A stretch of 64,000 bases of DNA, from assembly GCA_038046805.1 (NCBI GenBank), contig JBBSVO010000006.1:172976-236975 (forward strand). Reading direction: 5' to 3'. The stretch is from Candidatus Micrarchaeota archaeon (GTDB taxonomy: Archaea; Micrarchaeota; Micrarchaeia; Anstonellales; Bilamarchaeaceae). Below, in pieces: positions 55,609 to 64,000 of the stretch; position 1 is the first letter of the stretch; the number at the start of each line of letters is the position of its first letter. The notes beneath the pieces were generated by a model. The model saw only the letters and a program-made list of their open reading frames with translations, was not told where the DNA came from and made no database searches. Made by a program: the position numbers and the translations under genes.

Positions 55609-57435
55609 ATGACAGATGATACTATGCTCCTTTTTTCAGATGTTGCTAAAGTTTTCTCGGAAATCGAATCCCGCTCGGGAAGACTGGAAATGACGGATAT
55701 TCTCGCGGAATTGTTCAAGCGTGCGGACAAGTCCGAAGTTGGCCGTCTTGTTTATTTAATCCAGGGAATTCTCGCACCACCATATGAAGGAATAGATCTT
55801 GGGCTCGGTGAACAGTTTGCGATAAGGGCAATTGCCGCCTCAGCGGGCTATTCCCGCGAACAGGTTGAAGCCAACTACAAAAAATCCGGGGATCTGGGTC
55901 TAACTGCCGAAGAACTTCTAAAAAAGAAAAGACAACAGGCACTTTCATCAACCGAGATGGATGTCGTATACGTTCATACGGCATTCGTGAAAATGGCAAA
56001 AACCGGAGGAACCGGTTCACAGGAATTAAAGATAAAATATCTTACTGAACTTTTGAATAATTCAGAACCGCTCGGCGGGCGGTTTATTGTTAGATTTGTA
56101 ATCGGGCAGCTAAGGTTGGGCGTAGGGGATCCAACAATCCTGGACTCGCTTTCTGTTTCTCGCACTGGGGATAAATCTCTTCGCGAGGAATTGGAGCGTG
56201 CTTATGGTGTTTGCGCTGACATGGGTTATGTTGCAACCGTTTTCTTTGAAAATCCAGATAAAATAAGAAAATTCTCTGTTCAGCCTTTCAAGCCGTTGAT
56301 GCCTGCGCTTGCTGAGCGTCTTTCCACTCCTGAAGAAATCATTGAAAAAATTCCAATTTGTTCGGTTGAGATGAAATTTGATGGGTTCAGACTTCAGGTG
56401 CACAAAAAAGGCAGTGGTGTGGAGTTCTACTCCAGAAAATTGGAAAAAATGACCCCCATGTTTCCGGAACTGGTTTCCGCGGTGCAATCCCTAAAATGTG
56501 ATTCAATAATATTTGAAGGGGAGGCGTTGGCATATGAGGAGACCGGAACTGGAAAATCATTAAAAAAGAACTATCTTTCTTTTCAGGAAACGATCCAGCG
56601 AAAGCGAAAGCACGGTATTTCAGATGCAGCAAAAGCATTCCCGCTTAATTTGTTTTCTTTTGACATACTTTATCTTGACGGAAAGGACCTTACAACAGAA
56701 CCATATGAAAAACGCAGGAAAATTCTTGAAAAAATATTTCCGAGCGGAAAAAATTTGAAACTAAGCGAAAGAAAAATCATCAAATCAACAAGCGCATTGG
56801 AAAAATTATTCCGTGAATCGATGGATTCCGGGCTTGAAGGAATAATGGCAAAGGATCCAAATGCCCAATACGCCGCCGGAAAGCGCAAATTCGCCTGGAT
56901 AAAGCTGAAAAAATCCTATGGTAAGGCTGTGGATACAATTGACGTGGTTATTGTTGGTTACTATCTTGGAAAAGGTGCTCGTGTGGAGTTTGAATTCGGC
57001 GGTCTTCTCGCAGCCGTGCAGAATACCGAAAGCGGAAAGCTCGAAACCGTGGCTAAAATAGGAGGTGGTTTCTCAGAAGACGAACTGCGCCAGTTTAAGG
57101 AAATGCTTGAAAAAATCCAGACAAAATCCCCACCAAAAGATTTGGAATTCAACGATGCACAGAAGCCGGATTACTGGGTTGTTCCAAAGCATGTGGCCGA
57201 AGTTGCGTTTGATGAAATTACGCAATCGCCTACGCATACGTGCGGAATGAAAACTAGTAAAGAAGGGGGTGCAAAAGGACCTTCAACTTCGCAGAAGTTG
57301 GAGGGGCAGAGAACGAAGTTCTCTGGATATGCACTGAGATTCCCGCGTCTGCTCGTTCTCAGAGAGGATAAAAGCGTGAAGGAAATAACCACGAGCGAAG
57401 AAGTTGAGTCGCTTTATTACAAGCAGAGAAAATGA
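55609..57435 (+). CDS. lig: ATP-dependent DNA ligase
   Basis: KFDGFR, EGE, FDIL, EGIMAK, WIKLK, ALRFPR. Confidence 0.96.
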   Translation: MTDDTMLLFSDVAKVFSEIESRSGRLEMTDILAELFKRADKSEVGRLVYLIQGILAPPYEGIDLGLGEQFAIRAIAASAGYSREQVEANYKKSGDLGLTAEELLKKKRQQALSSTEMDVVYVHTAFVKMAKTGGTGSQELKIKYLTELLNNSEPLGGRFIVRFVIGQLRLGVGDPTILDSLSVSRTGDKSLREELERAYGVCADMGYVATVFFENPDKIRKFSVQPFKPLMPALAERLSTPEEIIEKIPICSVEMKFDGFRLQVHKKGSGVEFYSRKLEKMTPMFPELVSAVQSLKCDSIIFEGEALAYEETGTGKSLKKNYLSFQETIQRKRKHGISDAAKAFPLNLFSFDILYLDGKDLTTEPYEKRRKILEKIFPSGKNLKLSERKIIKSTSALEKLFRESMDSGLEGIMAKDPNAQYAAGKRKFAWIKLKKSYGKAVDTIDVVIVGYYLGKGARVEFEFGGLLAAVQNTESGKLETVAKIGGGFSEDELRQFKEMLEKIQTKSPPKDLEFNDAQKPDYWVVPKHVAEVAFDEITQSPTHTCGMKTSKEGGAKGPSTSQKLEGQRTKFSGYALRFPRLLVLREDKSVKEITTSEEVESLYYKQRK

Positions 57436-57574
57436 GAAATACGGATATTCAATCAGTTTTCTTCAGGGCTTTCGTGCGGCTCTCCAAATATAAAGAAATC
57501 ACATTAACCATAATCAATGCAATTGAAATCGCCGTAACCCCGTTCATACGAAAAACTTCGTTGGTTTGATATAT

Positions 57575-57946
57575 TTACACTAATTTCAACCCTTTCACAA
57601 ACTCAAAATCCTTTCTATTTTTTGTGAAAAGGAATGCGTTGTTTTCAATACACGTTGCCGCAGTAATGACATTATCCACTGAAAATTCCTTCCCTCGGTC
57701 TCTTGCCTCGTCTATTATTCTCGCAGCAGTCTCTGCGGTTTTTCTTCCAAAATCAAGAATGCTTATGTTATTTATGAAAGCAGAAAGAGCCTCCCCGTTT
57801 TTTACTCCAACCATAATCTGAAAAAGCGAATTTGAGGTCATACATATCTCTTCCCTGTCTGCGTAATACTGTATTTTTTTAACGATTGTTTTGTCCCCGC
57901 GCAGGAAATCAACAATAACGTCCGTATCAAGGCAGATTTTTTCCAT
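57575..57946 (-). CDS. PIN-domain toxin (VapC)
   Basis: ICLDTDVIVDFLRG, DNVITAAT, TKNRKDF. Confidence 0.88.
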   Translation of the reverse strand: MEKICLDTDVIVDFLRGDKTIVKKIQYYADREEICMTSNSLFQIMVGVKNGEALSAFINNISILDFGRKTAETAARIIDEARDRGKEFSVDNVITAATCIENNAFLFTKNRKDFEFVKGLKLV

Positions 57947-57955
57947 ATGCTCAAC

Positions 57956-57987
57956 TATTTCCTTTAGATTTTATTTCCTTTAGATTT
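57956..57987. repeat. 16-bp perfect tandem duplication between vapB and vapC
   Basis: TATTTCCTTTAGATTT twice. Confidence 0.85.
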
Positions 57988-57988
57988 G

Positions 57989-58192
57989 CTATTTGTTCCT
58001 CTTCATCCTTTCAATTACGCGCGTATCAATATCCAATTCGCTTATGCTGCCTGCAAATACCAATATGTTCCGTTTTTCTTCTCTTTCTTTAACCAGATAT
58101 CTAAGCACTTCGCTAAAGCTCATTCCCTTTGCTCGTTTGATTCGGTATAATTCCGCGTACACATCGTCCATTATCGTGATAACTCTGACCAT
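57989..58192 (-). CDS. VapB family antitoxin
   Basis: RVITIMDDVYAELYRIK...SFSEVL. Confidence 0.85.
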   Translation of the reverse strand: MVRVITIMDDVYAELYRIKRAKGMSFSEVLRYLVKEREEKRNILVFAGSISELDIDTRVIERMKRNK

Positions 58193-58199
58193 ATTTCTC

Positions 58200-58226
58200 A
58201 GTAAATGTATTTACTAAATGTATTTA
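58200..58226. promoter_or_regulatory. Palindromic operator candidate upstream of vapB
   Basis: AGTAAAT-GT-ATTTACT plus second TAAATGTATTTA copy. Confidence 0.55.
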
Positions 58227-58415
58227 AAAGTTTACCTCTTAGACCTTGTTTCTGTGAAGTATGCTTAACAAGCATGGTTTAACTTCATCGTCGTAAAGAT
58301 GCATGTTTTTAAATAACTCTTTTTACGAGATAGATACCAGACTTTCACTCCCGTAAGGCGCACATGTGTCTACAGGAGGTAAAAATGCTGGCGACCAGAA
58401 AAAAGGTGTATAACT

Positions 58416-59486
58416 ATGGAAGACTTGGTAAAATCCGTTATGGGCGAAACTGTAGCTCCCTCTACGAGCGATGATGGAAGCTCCGAAACAATTAGAATTG
58501 TTACAATCGGAGTTGGTGGTGCTGGAAACAATACTGTAAACAGACTCATAAAATCAGGAGTAAAAGGTACAGAGCTTGTTGCAGTAAACACAGACAAGCA
58601 GCACTTGAATATTGTCCATGAAAGGGCAAGAAAGGTTTTGATCGGCCGATCAGTTACAAAAGGACTTGGTGCAGGTGGTTATCCGGAAGTCGGTGAAAAA
58701 TCTGCAGAAGTTGACAGGCCATTGCTTGAAAAAGAGCTTGAAGGTGCTCACCTTGCATTTGTTTGCGCAGGTATGGGTGGTGGTACTGGTGGTGGTGCTG
58801 CCCCAGTTGTTGCACAGGTTGCAAAAGAGCAAGGCGCAATTGTAGTTGCTATGGTTACCTACCCATTTGCTCTCGAAAGAGCAAGAAAAAAGAAAGCAGA
58901 AGAGGGTATCCAGAAATTGAAGAAATTCTGCGACTCGGTAATTATTCTCGACAACAACAGATTGGTTCAGATGTTCCCGAACCTGCCAATGACAGAAGCA
59001 TTTGCAGTTGCAGATGAAATCCTTGCAAGGGCAATCAGCGGTCTTGTATGGACGATTACCCAACCATCTTTGATTAACATTGACTTTGCAGATGTTCGCT
59101 CAATTATGCAGGGCGGCGGAGTCGGATTTATTGCAGTTGGCGAAGGAAAAGGCACAGACAAGGTTCGCTCAGCATCCGAAGGTGTCATAAAGAACAGGTT
59201 GCTTGACGTTGACTTTGAAGGTGCAAAAGGTGCATTAATCCACATCTCTGGCGGTGCAGATCTTACACTTGGTGACGCAATAAAAGCCGGTGAAATGATC
59301 ACAGAGAAAATGGATGCAGAGGCTAACGTAAAATGGGGCGCAAGAATAATGCAGAATTACGACGGTAAATTGGAAATTGTCGCAATAGTTACCGGAGTAA
59401 AAGGAGCGAGCATTGTCGGCGGCTCAACTGACGAAGAGCCAGCATCTATGGGTGCATTCAGCTCTGACCTGGAAATTCTCGGATAA
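58416..59486 (+). CDS. ftsZ: Cell division protein FtsZ
   Basis: GVGGAGNN, NTD, GLGAGG, GMGGGTGGG, NIDFADV. Confidence 0.96.
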   Translation: MEDLVKSVMGETVAPSTSDDGSSETIRIVTIGVGGAGNNTVNRLIKSGVKGTELVAVNTDKQHLNIVHERARKVLIGRSVTKGLGAGGYPEVGEKSAEVDRPLLEKELEGAHLAFVCAGMGGGTGGGAAPVVAQVAKEQGAIVVAMVTYPFALERARKKKAEEGIQKLKKFCDSVIILDNNRLVQMFPNLPMTEAFAVADEILARAISGLVWTITQPSLINIDFADVRSIMQGGGVGFIAVGEGKGTDKVRSASEGVIKNRLLDVDFEGAKGALIHISGGADLTLGDAIKAGEMITEKMDAEANVKWGARIMQNYDGKLEIVAIVTGVKGASIVGGSTDEEPASMGAFSSDLEILG

Positions 59487-59494
59487 ATTTTTAT

Positions 59495-59565
59495 CCGGAA
59501 TTTCTTTCTTCTTTTTTCTTATTATTTTCTCTCCTTTTCTTCGTTTTTATTCCGCTTTTTTATGA
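59495..59565 (+). terminator. T-rich terminator after ftsZ
   Basis: CGGATAAA/TTTATCCG hairpin then T tracts. Confidence 0.55.
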
Positions 59566-59624
59566 TGTTGTTTTTCCGCTTTGTTTAATCTCTTTAAAAA
59601 TTCTTTTGCGCACATATTCTTGTT

Positions 59625-59996
59625 ATGAGCAGAGTTACGGTACCTCCATTTACCAAGGTAAGCCGGACTGGCAGTAAACAGACTCCCGATGTTACGTCCG
59701 ACCAGTCCGGAACCAAACCTCATTCATGTTGGGCAAAATTCTGGGGACTTTTTAATCGGGAGTTGTCGCAGTCCAATATCCGTTCATTGGTTTTGAGCGG
59801 AGACGCTGATGGTTTGGAAAGACTGATTGAAAAATATAGATGTGATTCCGGAGAGCTTGATACGATAAATACTACTTTATGGAATTTATTGAATCTAAAA
59901 GGTCGTATTCCTTCCCAGAATGAAAGAGCTATCATAAACAGGGCCAGAGATGTCATACGAAAAATTCAGGAACTGGGAACATATTCGAGCGGTTAA
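59625..59996 (+). CDS. Hypothetical protein
   Basis: 123-aa ORF with TATA about 25-30 nt upstream. Confidence 0.55.
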   Translation: MSRVTVPPFTKVSRTGSKQTPDVTSDQSGTKPHSCWAKFWGLFNRELSQSNIRSLVLSGDADGLERLIEKYRCDSGELDTINTTLWNLLNLKGRIPSQNERAIINRARDVIRKIQELGTYSSG

Positions 59997-60034
59997 AATT
60001 TCAAATTACAAAACTGGGAACAAAGAAGATAAAT

Positions 60035-60212
60035 TGGGCCCGTTGTGATTTGAACACAAGACCTTTCGATTTCTATTGCATTTGTGCGATATCAGTCGAA
60101 CGCTCCAACCGGATTGCTCGTCCCTTCGGACTTTTTCTGCCTCAGGACTTTTCCGCTGGAGCGCTTTTGTCCTTTGGCTTCTGAAGTCAAAAGGGCCCTG
60201 AGCTACGGGCCC
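60035..60212 (-). tRNA. tRNA-Ile(GAU) with introns at 15/16 (60114..60197, 84 nt) and 37/38 (60071..60089, 19 nt)
   Basis: GGGCCCG/CGGGCCC, TTCGA-CTGATAA-TCGAA, TTGTG-TTCAAAT-CACAA; BHB GCTC/GAGC with AG|G and AA|T bulges. Confidence 0.88.
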
Positions 60213-60236
60213 GCCAATACTAACTGTTTAATTGCA

Positions 60237-60338
60237 TTACTTATTCTGCCTTGTAACAAAGTAAGTCGCAAGGAGCACGATTCCCACCATCGAAAGGGAG
60301 AAAACTACTTCTTCTATCATGTGAATATTTGTATCCAT
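60237..60338 (-). CDS. Possible 33-aa single-TM microprotein
   Basis: MDTNIHMIEEVVFSLSMVGIVLLATYFVTRQNK. Confidence 0.3.
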   Translation of the reverse strand: MDTNIHMIEEVVFSLSMVGIVLLATYFVTRQNK

Positions 60339-60434
60339 TCCCTTTTTTAAAGTGTGTCCCGACACTTTCCACAATTTGCGAATAAACAATAACTATATAA
60401 ACTTATATACTATATAAATACATAGGTGATACGA

Positions 60435-60710
60435 ATGCAAAAATCAATTCAAGAAATAATACATTATCCAAGGCTTGATACGGTTATAATGGTAGAAGAA
60501 GCTATCAAAAAAGCAAGGGAATACCCGACAAAAGCGGCGCTTCTAAGAAGTCTTAAGAAGAAAGTAATGTATCAAACTTTTCTTGTCATACTGGGTTATT
60601 TGGAAGAATCAAATAAAATACATGTAGATAAACGGGATGGTCGGGTCGTGTGGATATGGAATCCCAAGGGCGTGGATGATATTCTCTCTTGCAATCTGGT
60701 GGCAAGATGA
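60435..60710 (+). CDS. Small wHTH-like protein, putative antitoxin
   Basis: YPRLDTVIMVEE...MYQTFLVILGYLEESNKI; ATGA overlap with toxin. Confidence 0.7.
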   Translation: MQKSIQEIIHYPRLDTVIMVEEAIKKAREYPTKAALLRSLKKKVMYQTFLVILGYLEESNKIHVDKRDGRVVWIWNPKGVDDILSCNLVAR

Positions 60711-61042
60711 TAAAAGAAAACATGGTCGGATTTGCAGACGAGAAAATAAAACGGGCATTTCTTGATCTTAATCAGGGAAAAGGTGCAGAGCAGCAATTAT
60801 GCGAGTTTCTGAATCGCGCATTTGATGACCTTAAATTTAATCCGTTCTGCGGAATAAAAATCCCAAAAACGCTCTGGCCAAAGGAGTATGTTCGAAAATA
60901 TTCAATTGATAATCTTTGGAAGTACGATCTTCCTGATGGCTGGAGATTGGTTTATACAATACGTGCCAATCAGGTAACTATTCTTACGGTGGTCCTAGAA
61001 TGGTTTGATCATAAAGAGTACGAACGGAGATTCAACTACTAG
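60707..61042 (+). CDS. RelE/YoeB-like toxin
   Basis: LKFNPFCG...LWKYDLPDGWRLVYTI...HKEYERRF. Confidence 0.78.
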   Translation: MIKENMVGFADEKIKRAFLDLNQGKGAEQQLCEFLNRAFDDLKFNPFCGIKIPKTLWPKEYVRKYSIDNLWKYDLPDGWRLVYTIRANQVTILTVVLEWFDHKEYERRFNY

Positions 61043-61090
61043 AACCGCGTGAGCAAATGATTTTAATCGGTTGCCTACCAATTCTTTATC

Positions 61091-62215
61091 GTGAAAATCG
61101 CTATTATTTCTGATACTCATTTGGGTTATGCCCGTTTTGAGGATGATGCAGCCGAGCAGGCAGAATCAGCATTTCTTGATGCAGCAAAAAAAGCAGATCT
61201 TATTCTTTACGCCGGAGATGTTTTTGACGTGAAAGTCCCGCGTTTGGAAACAATGAGGCACGCGGTTGACATGCTCAGGAAAGCAGGCGCGTCCAGAGTT
61301 CCAATCTACGCAATCCACGGAAACCACGAAAGAAGAAGCAAGGACATGGTTAATCCTGTTCAGCTCTTGGCGACTGTTGGGGTTCTCAATTACCTGCACG
61401 CAAGCGGAACAATTTTTGAAAAAAATAATGAAAGGATTTTCATTTTCGGGATGGGGAGCGTGCCAGAGGATTTAGCCGCAACTGCATTGAAGACCGCGGT
61501 AGGGCGGGTTGAAGTGCCGAGTGGAATGCTTAGAATTCTTATGCTTCACCAGACTATAAAGGATTTTTCGCTTGGGGGAGAGGACGATCTCACGATGGAT
61601 GAAATTTCAGGCCTACCTTTTGACTTAATTGTGAACGGACACATCCACAAGACGATAATTAATAACGAAGAAAATATGTTAATCCCGGGAAGTACTGTCA
61701 TCACCCAGCTTAAGGAGGATGAAACTGCCCCGCGCGGGTACATACTTTATGATACCTCTTCCAAAAAACCAGAATTTGTTGAAATCCCGCACCGAAAGTT
61801 TCTTTACGCGGAATTGAAATTCTCTTCTGCGAGTATGGTTGAAGTGCGAAATGTAGTAATTGAGAAGCTTGCGGAACTGAAAAAATTGGCAGATGGGGCG
61901 AAAAAACAACCAATAATTCGCATAAAACTTTCTGGAACTCTTAAGGAAGGAATCCGTCCATCAGATTTATTCATCTCAGCAGATGGGGCATTTATAGATA
62001 ATCAGTTGAACCGTAACGATGCGGGGATGAAACTTTCTCTTCCTTCCACTCCATCCGGAAGAACCGGAACAGTAACTGAAATAGCAATTTCTCTTCTGCG
62101 GAATAAAATCGGGGACAAAATGAAGCTGCTGGATCCAGCAATACTTTTTGATAAAGTTTCTGGCGATGTTGAATCTGCAGCGGAATATGTAAACTCAGCC
62201 GGTAATTCTCAATAA
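61091..62215 (+). CDS. mre11: Mre11/SbcD-like nuclease
   Basis: SDTHLG, AGDVFD, IHGNHE, LHQ, NGHIH, PGS. Confidence 0.85.
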   Translation: MKIAIISDTHLGYARFEDDAAEQAESAFLDAAKKADLILYAGDVFDVKVPRLETMRHAVDMLRKAGASRVPIYAIHGNHERRSKDMVNPVQLLATVGVLNYLHASGTIFEKNNERIFIFGMGSVPEDLAATALKTAVGRVEVPSGMLRILMLHQTIKDFSLGGEDDLTMDEISGLPFDLIVNGHIHKTIINNEENMLIPGSTVITQLKEDETAPRGYILYDTSSKKPEFVEIPHRKFLYAELKFSSASMVEVRNVVIEKLAELKKLADGAKKQPIIRIKLSGTLKEGIRPSDLFISADGAFIDNQLNRNDAGMKLSLPSTPSGRTGTVTEIAISLLRNKIGDKMKLLDPAILFDKVSGDVESAAEYVNSAGNSQ

Positions 62216-63307
62216 TGCATCTGCAAACTCCTTTGCATTTGCAGCGCTTTTCAAAGAAACATCCGAGAAATGGGTTCTCATGGTTTTGAATCCAAGTGAA
62301 TTCAATTCTTCAATTATCTTGCTCATTTTCGGAACGCTCTTCATGGAAATTCTTCTGCACATCCTGTGAACATTGTAATATCCAGGTGGCATTTCAATTT
62401 CTCCTTCAATCAGTGCCAGAATTTTTTCTATCTCTTCAATATCCTCATAATCTTTTTTTCCGTTGAGTTTTCGCATTTTTGAGAGTGTTTCTCCGTCGTT
62501 TAGCCTCCCAATCCACAGTGGTCCACCCCATCTGGTTTCATTTCCGCAGTTTCCGCATTTTTCAATTATTTTTCCCCAACTTTCTCTCCACCCACATTTT
62601 TCGCAATAAGAAATATAACCAAAGTTCCTTATGTTTTCGTCACTTTTTGCCGCACTACTTTCGCACTTTACAATGACCTTGAGATAATGCCTGTCGGAAA
62701 GAGAAACGAGCGGACTTATTCCAAAATTAAATTCCGAGGCTGCCTCGGCAATTCTCCTAATCAGAATCCGCAATCCGTTTTCGTGCGTAAACTCATTATT
62801 CAGGCTTTTTGCATGATAGTTCTTTAGACAAGCGGTCTTCTCATGGCCGCACAGGACGGCAGTATCTGTTGCAGTAGCGGATAGATAAAATGTTTTCGTT
62901 CCGCTCTGGTTCATGCGGAAGAATACCGCGAATAAATAGGGGGCAGGTGTTCCAAAAGGATCAAGTTCTATGAAGTTAAATTCAAAGTCTGTTGCATCAG
63001 CCACGAGAAATTTTACTATATCATCATTCACAATTTTTGCCTTTCTTGCCGATATTTTGTTTTTTGCCGCATTCTTTTTTGCAAGTGCAATTGCATTTTT
63101 GCTCCAGTCAAGGAAAGTAACAGAACTTACGTTCTTGTTTTCTTTCGCATATCGTATTCCGCGTATTCCGCTTGCGCAGAATCCATCCAGCACATTAAGT
63201 TTTTCTCCAATTGCACCAACTGCAAGGGAGCTGAAGCTGCGGCAGAATCGCATCTCTGGATTGTAGAATATTTTATCTGCTGAGAATATTTTGCTTTCTT
63301 CTTCCAT
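62195..63307 (-). CDS. trm1: tRNA G26 N2,N2-dimethyltransferase
   Basis: FYNPEM, SGIRGIRY, LDPFGTP, TATDTAVLCG, GPLWIG. Confidence 0.93.
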   Translation of the reverse strand: MEEESKIFSADKIFYNPEMRFCRSFSSLAVGAIGEKLNVLDGFCASGIRGIRYAKENKNVSSVTFLDWSKNAIALAKKNAAKNKISARKAKIVNDDIVKFLVADATDFEFNFIELDPFGTPAPYLFAVFFRMNQSGTKTFYLSATATDTAVLCGHEKTACLKNYHAKSLNNEFTHENGLRILIRRIAEAASEFNFGISPLVSLSDRHYLKVIVKCESSAAKSDENIRNFGYISYCEKCGWRESWGKIIEKCGNCGNETRWGGPLWIGRLNDGETLSKMRKLNGKKDYEDIEEIEKILALIEGEIEMPPGYYNVHRMCRRISMKSVPKMSKIIEELNSLGFKTMRTHFSDVSLKSAANAKEFADALLRITG

Positions 63308-63319
63308 ATTTCTCACGTT

Positions 63320-64000
63320 TTATTTTTCTTCATCAATAAATTCTCTCATTGCAACCGTTGCATAGCTTCCTGCCTGTAGTGAGAACGTAAATATGCCAGC
63401 AATATTATCTTCTTCATCGGTCTTCATATCAAATTCGAAATCCTTTAACGGTGCAAGAAGCGTTCTCAAACTTCCGTTAGAGCTTATTTCCGGGATTTTC
63501 TTCACACGAAAATCGCTTCTTCTGATTCCAAGTTCCTGCAATACTCTTTCCTCGCGTTCGTTTGTTTCTGTTTCATAACCGATTAGTTTGCCGACAATAT
63601 ATCTGCCTTCGTCAGTATCTTTTTTATTTATATCCGGAAATCCGAATTCGTTTTCTCCGCAAAAATATTCCCCCTCTTCGCAGGATATTTCTCCATTCTT
63701 TATCCGTTCTGAAATGCAAATGTTAAATATATAGCTTTGTAACGCATGAACAAACATCAAAAGGATATTACGCGGCAATCTTCTAAGTGCTCCGATATAA
63801 TCTTCCGGAGTTTCTGCCAAATGTGCAAGCATTGAGCGTTCAAGACGGAGGTGTTTTGGAAAGTTTTTCAGCGCAGCGGCGTAATCTTCTGTCTCAAGCA
63901 ATTGTTTTCTTGCCGTGCTTGCAGAATCATTTTTCTCTCCATCCGAGTTTGTCAGGTATTCGGTTACTGCCCCCTCAAAATCTCCTTTTACAATCCGTTC
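63320..64000 (-). CDS. truD: tRNA pseudouridine-13 synthase, 3' part (runs off the window)
   Basis: MFVHALQSYIFN...SER; C-terminal FSLQAGSYATVAMRE. Confidence 0.9.
   Translation of the reverse strand, partial: ERIVKGDFEGAVTEYLTNSDGEKNDSASTARKQLLETEDYAAALKNFPKHLRLERSMLAHLAETPEDYIGALRRLPRNILLMFVHALQSYIFNICISERIKNGEISCEEGEYFCGENEFGFPDINKKDTDEGRYIVGKLIGYETETNEREERVLQELGIRRSDFRVKKIPEISSNGSLRTLLAPLKDFEFDMKTDEEDNIAGIFTFSLQAGSYATVAMREFIDEEK

Noticed and set aside
57449..57547. 32-codon hydrophobic minus-strand ORF after vapC
   Set aside because: No SD or other support.
61091..62215. mre11 without adjacent rad50/nurA/herA
   Set aside because: Gene dispersal is common in such genomes and cannot be judged from one window.

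Overview
A 64-kb chromosomal window from an archaeon, most likely DPANN (Micrarchaeota-like). The lineage is inferred from the archaeal informational genes, the S-layer N-terminus and intron-rich tRNAs. Housekeeping genes include rsmA, csl4, rpoL, rps15, rps3ae, nac, sec61beta, proS, rnz, rpl40e, ssb, rtcA, lemA/htpX, psmA, pyrH, lig, ftsZ, mre11, trm1 and truD. They are interspersed with an AmmeMemoRadiSam cluster, four type II TA pairs, a wHTH/nucleotidyltransferase pair and many orphans. The ORF track misses five tRNA genes (Gln-UUG, Val-CAC, Thr-UGU, Leu-CAA, Ile-GAU) carrying nine bulge-helix-bulge (BHB) introns. All five have a D-loop intron, and tRNA-Leu has a 205-nt T-loop intron. Several introns are built from the same 7-nt-periodic hairpins and AACG-N6-CGTT palindromes found in intergenic DNA. 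The best candidates for undescribed systems are (1) a stand-alone methanogen-type SerRS catalytic domain lacking the tRNA-binding domain, translationally coupled to a radical SAM enzyme and divergent from a TrmB regulator; (2) the repeat-colonised tRNA introns; and (3) a ~350-nt structured region with a duplicated 3' module upstream of rtcA. No CRISPR array, rRNA, integrase or transposase was seen. All assignments are by motif recognition and manual pairing; no searches were run.
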